In this document: positions 12,800 to 23,572 of the stretch, in pieces
How the letters are laid out: each line of letters opens with the position of its first letter
How positions within the stretch are numbered: position 1 is the first letter of the stretch
NCBI GenBank assembly: GCA_964247055.1
Contig: OZ176056.1
Coordinates: 4,402,001-4,466,000 of the forward strand
Length of the DNA stretch: 64,000 nucleotides
Direction: 5' to 3'
From: Paragordius varius
Taxonomy: Eukaryota > Animalia > Nematomorpha
Translations under genes and position numbers: made by a program
The notes under the pieces: model-generated
Database searches by the model: none
What the model was told of the DNA's origin: nothing
Seen by the model: only the letters and a program-made list of their open reading frames with translations

Positions 12800-15700
12800 T
12801 CATGATATAACGCATTGTTCTTGTGATATACAATAAATACTTTACGTTGCCGTCCCCAGATAATATTAAAATTTTTAATTTTTAGATGTGATCGCCAATG
12901 ATGATAAAAATTTTTATGATATCAGAATTTTGCTTACGTTTTTAAATCTATCTATAATTTGTTTTTTTACTTTTATTATAAAAACCGTTTTATACCGTTT
13001 CTATCATGTCTCATAATGGCAAGAAGTACTCTTTAACCAAATTTCGCTAAAAATGGTTGTTAAAAATATGCATTTTTTAAAAATTTTAGCTGATCTCAAA
13101 ATTTAGAATATACTTTGGATTATCGCGCCATCTGGGCAGATTGTCATTTAATTTGAGAGAACAAGACCATTTTAAAAGGGCGGAAAAATGGGACTTTCGG
13201 AGCCAATTCTAAGACTTCAAATTCTTAAAATATTGTTGTACTTTTTATATGTAGTTTGTGTGTTTTAGTGATATTTTTTGGAAAAAGCATTTAAATTTTA
13301 TTTAAATAATGTGGGCAAATTTGGCGATTTTTTGATATTGAGGTCTTTCCATAAAAGTGCAATATATTTTATGACTACCACCATAATAATTCTGATACAT
13401 TTTCCTATCAGAATAATTATATATATATTTCATCAGGATATTTTTATATTCACTATACATATAGGTTAAAGCATTAAGTTTAACATTGCAAATTTAGATT
13501 CAATTGAATTAACTGCATTCCGTTCACAAGTACCATCATCCGTTTCATCAAGTAAATTAAACATTTTTACACAAAAATCATTTTTAATAGCACAAAATTG
13601 GTAATCTTTTTTCAGGAGACGAAACTTTTACGAATAAATTTATGGCAAATTTTCTATTAACTAATACATTTATATCGTATGCAAACTCTGGAGTAAAAAA
13701 TTGAGTGCTATTTTCCAAATCATACATATACCAATAGTACATACACAGCCAAAATATATTTAAGATATAATTAATGATCAATTATATTTTTATGATCTCG
13801 CACTCTTGCACTTTTTTAAAATATATAAACTAGCTACAAGTTAAAATAAACTCTATCATCAATTAATATAAAATGTTAATAGATAAAACATAACTAAAAC
13901 GTTTGCTTTTGGTGTAAAACCAGTAGTTTTTGGCAAAATTTTATTTAATATGCAACATGAAATAATAGTTTAGTATTGCAGTTATCATTTTATAATAAAT
14001 ATTTTGAGTTTATAAAATTATAATTTAATCTTGTAAATATAAAGCTATTATTAATACAATCACGTACATACTCTTAAAGAGTCAGTTATATAACACGTTT
14101 GTTATATAAATAATTAGGTCAATCTTTATCTTCGTTTTCATCTTCCAATTCGCTTTCGTCTTTACAAGGCCCCGGTTTAAGCGCTTCCATACCCAATTTA
14201 GGGCCATCGGCAGGTTTAATTGGGTCCATAGCTAGTTTGGGGGGAGCAATGGGTGTGGGTGCTATTTCACAAGCATCTTCTTTAGCATTAAGTTCGTTTG
14301 AAACTCAAAGCGCAAACACGATTGATTTTTCTTCCCAACAATCTGTAGTGCAATCAGATGCAAGTGAAGTCACGGAAAATACGGATGGTAAGTATATATC
14401 ATAGGAATAAATGTGATTGCAAAAATTCTAACCCCCTTTTTAACAATAAGATTTTACACTATTAACAAACACTGCAATAAGATTAATGTTTGAGTATAGC
14501 TTAAAAAGGATAGATTGTTATAGTTAAAGTTACTAATCACCTATTTTTAAAACCTAATATAACAGAATATCATTTAAACTTTATTGACCTCAGATATGCA
14601 AAAATAATCAATGTATTGAATATTTTAGCCATGCTGTGTTATAAAACCACAACTCGACAGACTACAAACTTAAGATTTGTAAAAATTTTAACCGAAGCAT
14701 TCCCAATAATATAATTTAGAATATTAAATGATCTCAAAAAAATTACCAATTTTAATTTAATTAAATAGATGAATATTGATTAAAATTGTTATATGCTATA
14801 AAAATTAAGAAACACCAATTAATGTGTATTGATGTAGCTTCCATATCAGAACCACCACATGTTTGTAAGTTGTTGCACATTTTATAATTTTTAAATTAAT
14901 ATAAATTATAATTTATTAGATTTTTGGATGTCATTTTTATGTATTAAGTGAAAAATATAGAAAATGATTTAATCATGAAAAAAATGGATTTGCATCAGCT
15001 TTAAATACTAATTAAGTCACAAAATTCTTATAATATTTCTAAAATGGCTAAGTATATAAAGATTTATAAAAAATTTGATAATATATTGTATCCATTTATT
15101 TGATTATACAGTACAATTACGAAGAGAGATCGAAGCGTTATGTAAAATAATTTAAAAAATCTTTAAGCAAATTACATTGGTGCCACTTGTAAGATTAATT
15201 TAGATTTCTGTTTTTCCAAGTTTTTAGCTTGTTAAATAGATTTATATAAAATTATGTTGTTTGTCATAATTTGATTCGCAATGCCCTAACACGTGGTACC
15301 AAAGGTATTAAAGTTCAACTACGTTCATTAGGGAATTTTATTTGTTAAATCTAAATCTATGCCTTCTTAAGTTATGGAAACGATGCTAAATCTTATATAT
15401 TCATATCATATTTAGCTATGTTCGACCAAAGTAAATCCTCCATATTTTTTAACATATTAACCCATACCTATCCTACATAGTCATTCAATCACCTTTGGAA
15501 AGTATCTTGTTTTAAATAATATATTATCATTCTTTTTCCTAGCTTTTCAACGATACGGTTTTGTTTTAATTATTATTTATCCATTCCATATTTATACACG
15601 GTGCGACCAAATAATATCAGCTTATAGATAAACATTTATAAACGTTTAACGATACTGATATTCAAAATTTTAAAATTGGTTTAGCCTAAAATAAAAAATT

Positions 15701-16335
15701 GGAGGAAATTGCGTCATCTAATTTTTTTGTTAAAGGGTATCTTAAGGATAATTCAAAATGCTAAATAATATAAAAGATTCTAAATTTTACAATAAATCCT
15801 TAATCCATTGCAGAATTAAAAAAGTATTTAGCGTCGAAATCGAACCAAAAAAAATCGTTCCATTAATTTTAGAAGTTAAAGGTTGGTCAATTTTACATTT
15901 AACTTACTTTGATGTCCTTCCAATTCAAGGTTCAATATCATAAAACAATATGCACATATATATTGTTAATAGCGTATGATAAAAAATAAATCTTGTTAAT
16001 ATAATAAAAAACAAATTTGATGTTGAGGGAAACATTGTTCAATTTAACCATTTTTGCTTTTGTAACCATACGCTACCAATAGAGCAAAAATAATGTGAAT
16101 TGGCCAAATGTGCATAAATAAGTCGCAAGATACGAATGGTTAAAAAAAATTTTTGGTATTTTTTATTTTTACAATAGACTTCAAGATTATAATACCTGGT
16201 TAATTGATAAATATATAATAAAAGTGATTCTCACATAATTTATTAGTTCAAATTGTCAATTAATACTTCGATAATTAAAAATAAAACATTCCCATTTAAC
16301 TTAACTTTTTTTCAACTTATATGGGTTTTACAATC

Positions 16336-16374
<39 letters not shown>

Positions 16375-18446
16375 TATTAGGTTCGATGAATATGCTCGAA
16401 TGTAACATATTTTTATAATTCAAACAAATTTTGGCTTATTTAAAGTTTTAATTGTTGCATAAAACTCTTTCTCCTCTCAAAATGTCTACAAAAATATCCT
16501 GACCAAAAATTTATCGGATAGGAATGTATATCAGAATTGCTTTTCGTTTTAACTCTTACGATGGATTTAAGAAAGTTATTTACACTTTTGTGCTAAGTGC
16601 TCCATATCAGAAAATGACCGGCCATTTTTTAAATAACTTTTTTTGATAAAAGCTGAATGTCTTATTCCAAAAAATGTCACTACATCATAAACTGCAAATA
16701 AAAAGCAATACAATATTTTAAAAATATAATTTTTTGATGTTGGCTAATGGGGTTCTGAAGCTTTGGCAAAATAAATGCAAAAATGCGATTGGGCGATAAA
16801 AATTTTAAATATATGTTATGTTTTCAAATTAAATTTCTAATGCCTACTTTTTTCTTAATTTCAATTAAATATTTTTGAGCGTAATTACTGCTATTTTCAG
16901 CCGTGATATCAACGGTATAACTATAATATTAAGTCTAATTATGAGATGCTGAACATTTATAACTCGACTTTGGTTTAAAAATTCGTTCAACATCGAATGT
17001 AGGTTGCATTAAAATTTGAAAACGAACCTACCGTCAAATAAAATGAAGCTATATTAATGTTTAACATCATACAATAAAAAATCTTTTTTAATATCCATGT
17101 TTTTATTTTCTTGAATCCAAATGATGTTAAGTACGCTTTAACGAAATTTTGCAGAAAACTAAATTTTTAAACAAATATATTTCAAATATTTTGTAGACAC
17201 ATATTAAAATTTAGCATATATATAAGTTTTAATGCGATCCTGGGTTTGCTTTTATTTTAAAATAACTAGAATAATTAAAAAGAGAGAACAAATTTGAAAT
17301 AGCCTTATCTTATAATTTTAGCCTAATATTCAGTTTATGCGATTTATGTTATCAGTATTTGGATAAAGTATCAAGCTTTTACAAAAAAAATTTCTCTAAC
17401 AAAATGTACCCAAATTTTGCCATTTTCTGATATGGTGCAGTTATTATGCAGGTGATAAAAAGTTACTTAAATTTAAGGGTCAAAATCAAAAGCTGACCAT
17501 CCAATTACACTCATCTATATATATATATATATATATATTATAAAGTTTTTAATCCATAATATACATTTTCTCTTTATTTTATTAGCAATATAACTTTATA
17601 GGGTTTGATTTAAGATAATATTTTTTTAACGTGAAAAAGTTTCGCTTTCATTTAAAATAAATGCAAATTTTATATATGGCCCAATATCCCAAAGTAATTT
17701 TTGAGTTTTAGTTTTTTCCTCTGGTCTACTAAACAATCCAAAGCCTAATGTGTAAAATATAATTAGGAGGGTGGATTTACGAGTGTCCTAATATAATTTT
17801 TTGATATATAAAATAATAATTAATTTAATTTAATATAGTGTATCGTCATCTAAGTAAAATTTGTTTCTTAATTATCAAAAACATTATCTATCATATCCTA
17901 TTCAGATACCTTTCAAAGTAAAGTTGTTTTATATATTAAATATCTGTGTTGCTTATCATAGGATTGTCCGATGTGGCACAAGGTTACTTTTTCATACTTT
18001 ATTTTTAAGATTTAAACACTTTGTCAGAGGGTATTTTTCCCGCCTAAAAATTATTATTAAATAAGAAATGCAATCTTTCCTGGAAGGTAGAATTTATAAA
18101 ATATATTATATGGTCATTTATAAAATATAGAGGCTCAATATTTTTCACTGAGTAAGATGATTGAAAATAAACACATTCTAACCTAATTTTTTATAGCTGA
18201 GCCTGAAGCATTGGCGGGTATCATAATCTGATCTAATTACCAATTTCTTTTTTTATAGAATTAAAGGAATACCTTACACGTTAGTTTACGTTCTTATATT
18301 AAAAATCTATATAATAGAACGCATAAGTGTGTTTTTAAGTATGAATTATTTTAGAATATTTTATCAATAAATTTGTTGTAATTAGCTAGGAGCCATTTCG
18401 GTATCAACCAAATTTTATACATTTAGCTGCCGAAATCGAAAATTAG
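120..18446 (+). CDS. Unknown micro-exon gene A (5' end outside window); about 29 symmetric phase-1 exons, Ser/Gly/Ala-rich middle, helical C-terminus
   Basis: Hand-called AG|exon|GT, all internal lengths multiples of 3 and phase 1-1, no stops on joining: 120-206, 326-391, 447-560, 635-676, 731-781, 1351-1398, 1647-1715, 1793-1843, 2249-2320, 2380-2442, (6767-6778?), 14118-14387, 14838-14864, 14920-14940, 15112-15141, 15168-15188, 15416-15430, 15481-15501, 15543-15557, 17839-17853, 17906-17917, 17962-17982, 18010-18030, 18066-18086, 18131-18151, 18197-18217, 18259-18279, 18386-18400, terminal 18427-18446 (TAG). Many exons have same-order peptide homologues in gene B. Some exons are probably missed. 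Confidence 0.8.
2990..3790 (+). pseudogene. Second, more decayed copy of the same hAT transposase on the opposite strand inside the element
   Basis: The plus strand reads NNLNQNII...IHNAIQTATDFLPLDVE, matching the minus-strand ORF NLNQNII...IHNAIQTAADLLPLDME; 3628-3770 mirrors the dimerisation-domain DNA at ~3880-4035. Boundaries are approximate. Confidence 0.75.
5034..5616 (+). mobile_element. TTAA-flanked piggyBac-like MITE (family R1) inserted in the hAT transposase
   Basis: TTAA target duplication at 5030-5033 and 5617-5620; CACTT termini; internal inverted repeat TTCGATTCAAATTGGGGT placed asymmetrically. Removing it restores the frame ...IFTSLMHILEKNN. Confidence 0.85.
6970..7294 (-). 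CDS. Two putative spliced exons of a nested antisense gene with hydrophobic segments
   Basis: Exons 7197-7294 and 6970-7057 have canonical AG/GT and matching phase 2, joining to PQVADLLNQYTIPKKLKFPYILICLLILENTGGFNKIFILWALILVVVVAIAPIVQDKMPIT. No family recognised. Confidence 0.45.
7500..9500. repeat. Two adjacent degenerate R7 copies
   Basis: Shared motifs (gatgaaatatatat...ctgata.gaaaat.ta.cagg; ttttagaagagc.aaaaaatt.g.gacttt; aaattttgccatttt) in both orientations; boundaries approximate. Confidence 0.55.
10314..12865. mobile_element. Ty3/Gypsy LTR retrotransposon remnant arranged as a fold-back with two inverted LTRs
   Basis: Arms 10314-11058 and 12118-12865 are inverted near-copies. Each holds the integrase C-terminal tail, a polypurine tract (AGGGGGGG..AAG) and a ~327-bp LTR starting TGATG (10640 on minus; 12538 on plus) with an internal (TA)n. 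Confidence 0.9.
11046..12115 (-). pseudogene. Disrupted Gypsy pol fragment (RNase H end, H2C2 Zn-binding domain, integrase core)
   Basis: RWINMINEYDFEISHQKGAQNRADYLSR; LHSGH...YWP...CESCQ; WERLHID followed by a frameshift into GPVDGLYWLLIIDSASKW; IVSDNASYF; PYHSKSNGMVER. Stops and frameshifts are present. Confidence 0.9.
16494..17510. repeat. Degenerate R7 copy in an intron of gene A
   Basis: Left end aaaatatcctgac... and right-end motifs aaattttgccattttctgatatgg match the other R7 copies. Confidence 0.55.
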
Positions 18447-19691
18447 CAAATTATATGTTTTAAGGGTCATATTTATTATTTATAAGCAGCCAGACAATAA
18501 ATTATCTTTGATTTATATTTATTTTACATCAAGTTGGTTCTTAAGGGTTTTAAAAGTGTTCTTAAACACTCTTACAATTTTTTTACCTATACATTTTATC
18601 AATCCAACTATATATCATGCATGTGTGCTATCATTAGCTAATATATATATCTATATATATATTAATCTAAACTTTTGGATTAATTACAACCTTTTCTCAT
18701 TATAGTTTTCTAGGCGTAATTAGCGATTTTTTGCCTAAACTATCAGTGAGTTATATACCAAAATAAGCTTAAAACAAAAAGCTGTTTTGAAAATTATAAT
18801 AAAGGAAAAATATATAATTAGATATTAGGTTAACAACATATATATAAATATTTGCTAAAATATACTTTAACATAAAAGTTTAAGGACAACTTGAAATGTT
18901 TAATATCCAACTTTTTAGATTTAAGGACACTATCGACATTAACGTTCATTTAAATGTTAAAGACACTATTGAAGTGTAAAAGTTTTAAAATATTATTTTT
19001 ACCTTTATGAAATCCAATTTTTAAAATAAAAATATAAATATGGGGATGATCAAGATGATTATTAAATGCTAATTATTGGGTTATTTGAATTAATCAAATA
19101 AATTTTGTTATAAACAAAATATTCATAACTATATAAAGAATAATTAACCAATTTAAGGTAGGTGCATCAATTAGTTGTGATACGATAAACAAACGAAAAT
19201 TTTATAATGCTTCATTGGGAAATTAAATTAAATATACAGATCAATATTTATAAATAGGTAAATTGGTTAATTTCACCCTCTGGTTTCCTGTGACATCAAG
19301 AAATTGCAATAATATGGGACAAACCATATCAGGATAATGAATATTTCTATGATATGCGGTTAAAATGCAAGAAAAAAAATTTCATTTTTCTGTTATCCAA
19401 AATATAAAAAATTTCAATTTATCGCACATAAACTTAGATTATAATAAAAATAGAAATAATCAATCGATAAGCTTAAACATAGCCTTCGCCAAAATTTTGG
19501 CATAAGGAAAACTATTTAGCTATTTCTTCTATCTATTTTTGATGGTGGCTTAATTTAACAAAATAGCACCCTAATATATTCCATTTGGTTATGTGAAGAA
19601 TTTGCTTTAAACTATGTTTAATGATACCCATTTTGCAGTGAAAAGATCTAAGCTAAATTTTTTATTTTACACGGAATATGTTAAAAATCAG

Positions 19692-22600
19692 GATTTGTTT
19701 TCCAGGTGTTTAAGCTATTCAAAAAAGATGTTCCAGTTGTAATCAACAAGGCATACCAGCGCTCTATAAATTCCCTTCTTACACGAAATATACCTGCAAA
19801 CACATTTAATATATTCTCTTGGGGAAAAGGTATTATTTGATTGTGGTCTATTAGAGGGTTAAGTCTTACCCAGTGAATTATTTAAGAGGTTGACAAGTTA
19901 TGCTGTTATCCTTTATTAAATCTTTATAATTTATATAGGGGTTTACCGAAAATTCGCTTCAAAGCCAAGTTATTTTTATATGGTTTCATATTTAATAAAG
20001 AGAGGAGCTAAATAAAAAAATGGGAGTTTATGAAAGAAGTAGCCTTAAATTCACAAATCTTTATGTGATGGCTGGTATAAGGCTTGCCCAGCGGTCATTA
20101 AAAAAACAAAAATTATTCATATAAAATATGTAATGACTTAAAACTTTATTTTGACAACTGCGAAGAGGGGTGGAGCTCTAATCTGCGGTTTATTACAAAA
20201 AGTCCTAACACATTTACCTTTTAATCTTGTTAAATATTTTCTCTAGGTCTATATGAAAATTGCCCTAAAGCAACGTGTTATTTAATATAATGGTTTATTT
20301 TTCAGAAACTAAAGATCTACTCTGGGGGCAATTTAAAAAAGGACTGGACTTAAATTAAAATTAATATATGTAGTTAAAACCATGAATGCACGCACAACCT
20401 ATCATACCTTTATTTTAAAAACGTTGAAAAATATTTGAAGGTAGCGAATTTTTCAAGGGGTCGAGGCCTAACCAACGGTTTATTTAATACGCTTTATTAA
20501 GCTGCCTTTGTATTAGAACTAGTTAAAACCTTATTCAATATATATGGTTTGGGTTTAAATTGCCTTAATATAACCTTATTTTTTAAATGGCGACACAAGT
20601 GTAAAACGGTTAGGCGTGTTAATCGGTTAATTTTAAAAAAGTTCTGTAAACTTATACCAATAAAATCTATTTAAATTTTTTCCATAACTGGGCGAAATTC
20701 AGTTAAACAAAATTAATTTTGATATAGGCTTAATTTTTAATATGTCGTTATAAGGGGTGAGGTAAATATGGGGGCTAAAATAATGGTGGCTATTTTTGGT
20801 GCATTCTTAAACAAATTATTTAACTTGAATGGGACTACCTCCCTTTTTAAAATATTATGTCAAAGAGATTATTTTTGGGGACTTTGTTTTATAAACCCCC
20901 ATTTTTACAAAGTGTTCCAACTTAAGTCAGTATATTTAAATTCAAAATCGTTTATTTTATAAAAAATTCGAAATCCACATTTGTATTATTGCTTTTAAAA
21001 TATTTTATACCCAGTATGAACAAAATTTAAGAATACAAGTAGTTAAAACTATACACAATTATGAACTATATGTTAGCCTGTATATAAATAAGGAAATAAG
21101 AGTTAAGGTTTTAATTCTTAACACTAAGCTGTTGCTGGACAAAACTATTTTCAATGAATTAAAATATTATCCCCGAAATGGAAAAAAACAATAAACATGA
21201 ACTTTAATATAGCTAAAGTACAATGGCTTTATCTAAATTTGGCCAACTCAAAACAAACATATAAAAAGGGTAATTGGAGTTATTTTTTATTTTCTAAATA
21301 CTTTACTATTTATCATGCTCGGTATTTGCGTATGGATAGGTATGCAATAAATATAAATTATAAATTTAAAAAACATTTTTTCTACCGATTTGAAATCGTT
21401 AATTCTTAACTATTTTTTTACTGAATTGACATTAGGAAACATGACAGTTTTCTTGACACAAAATACATAAAATATGGAATCTATTGAAAATATTAATCAT
21501 TACAATAAAAAAAATTGATAGTGTTTTAGTGATTATAATTGAATTAAAAATTAAGACACTAAAAGCTCCCTTTAAGTTGAATTTACTTGTTGAATCAATT
21601 TATCCATTTTTTATAGTCTTTATCGGGTTTCCAACAAAAATATCTTCAGGGGCCATATTTTTACTTAAGATTTGGCGAGAATTATATTGAATTTATAACA
21701 GTAAATTTAAAAAAAAATTAAAATATATTTAAAAAATATCACCAATTATTTTAGAATTTTGCTAATTCTTTTCTATTTTGCTTTAAAAATTAAAATTTAG
21801 ATTATTTAAAATTTTTAGTTTACAATTTTTAAATTATTTCATAATTTTTTATATATTTGCGGAAGCACATATCGCGGGCGCCGTATATCTCTTAGTCTAC
21901 AAATTTATTTGAACTCAGATTTTAGCGACACAATCTCTTATATTATTTTATTTTAAAATATAAATGCGGTAAAATATTTGATATTTACACTAATTAATTA
22001 ATAATACAATCGGTTAAATTATATGCATAACATAAGCGAGATAAGAAAACTTTTTTATTTAAATCATGTTATTTAATTTCTAGGTTTGATTTTAAAATAT
22101 AATCAGTAATAAACTAGGTCCGAAAAAGTTAAGCCATACATATTTTTATTAGCTAACAATAAATATAACACAAATCAACCACTTTTTAATGTTAGTTGTG
22201 ATTTTAACATTCGATTCAAATTGGTATAATACCCCAGACTAAATTTGAGTTAGGATTTTTAAAACTACTGAGGGAAACGGTAATTTAAATTTATGCTTCT
22301 ATCCTAATAAAAATTATATAAATATGCCAAAATATCTAAATAAAATTTTGTATTGAAAAACAAAGTTTTATGTCAAACTACTTCAACGCCATTTTTATTT
22401 TAAAAATTTTTTGCGTAATATCGTCATCATTTAATTTTAAGGTTAAAATCAAAGCTAATTTTTTATTTAAAATCTAATATTGATAGAAAAAGAAAAAGCT
22501 GTTTATTTTGTAATTTTTCTATTTTACCAGTGCACGCATGTCAGGTTAACTAAATTTTTACCTTTCGGTTTAATCTTAAAATAAGTAATATCAAGTATTT

Positions 22601-23508
22601 TTGAAAAAAAAATAATATTTTGGTTTTTTAATATTGTTTTAAGTGCAAGATTTGCCATCGTTTCGATTCTTTCCATATTTTTTGAAGAATTTAATTTTAA
22701 ATACCCCAATTTGAATTGAAGGACTAAGTTAATAAAAAAATCTTTAGTTTTAGTAAAACAAAAACACGGTATTTTGCAAAAATGTTAAAATGGCGTCAAA
22801 ATAGTTTAATATGGAGCTTTATTCCCAACTATATTTAATTAATCGAGGCATAATTAAAACCGTTCTTTAAGTAGTATTTTTATAAAATCAATATAAAAAT
22901 GGTCTGGAGTCACTAGTTATTCCATTTTGAATTGAAGACAATCTAAAACTTAAACTTTTCTAGCTAATTACAATACCAAAATAACCAATACCGCGTTTTG
23001 TTTTGCCATGTCGCATATAAAAAATACCTTTTAAAAGATCCAAAATTATTTATTTTTGCAAAATTTCGTTTTTTTCAAACAGTTTGTCTTACTATTCCAA
23101 CATTAAACTCACTGCCTGCTGAAGCTAACGGTGACAGAGAGGACGAAGTAAACACACTTTCAAATGATATACCTAATCATCCAATGCTAAATGGTATAAT
23201 ATATTTTAAAGTCGCCCACAATTTGCATAGAAAAAAATTACTGTTGATTTTCTGAGTAAATAATTATTCCTTAAAAGTGATTTAAATTAAACTTTATGAA
23301 AATTAGTTTAGAATTGATGTTTTATTTAATGATTTTTAAAAGATTGGGCAAAACTTCAACAAAGGCGACACCAGCAAGTCCTAGGGATTGCGATTGGAAA
23401 CATAACAAGCAATAAAATTGACCAAATATATCCGAATCAGTTTAATTTTACAAAGAAGAGTAATTATATAAAAATTATTTACTAATAACATAAAATAAAT
23501 TTTAAAAT

Positions 23509-23572
<64 letters not shown>

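Larger units (their letters stand above)
10092..13443. mobile_element. Long-TIR non-autonomous element (family R7) interrupted by the Gypsy remnant
   Basis: Inverted termini AAATATCCTGAT/ATCAGGATATTT with long degenerate inverted subterminal sequence. The same motifs recur at ~7500-8262, ~8440-9500, ~16494-17510, ~41200-42330 and ~60250-60500. Superfamily not assignable. Confidence 0.6.

Noticed and set aside
10314-12865. DIRS- or Penelope-type element (classes that naturally have inverted terminal repeats)
   Set aside because: The internal coding sequence is a DDE integrase with an H2C2 domain and Gypsy RNase H, with polypurine tracts; no tyrosine recombinase or GIY-YIG motif is seen.
14120-14300. 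Open antisense reading (...MDPIKPADGPKLGMEALKPGPCKDESELEDENEDKD*) as a separate gene
   Set aside because: Explained as the mirror of a Ser-rich plus-strand exon that has canonical splice sites, symmetric phase and a counterpart in gene B.
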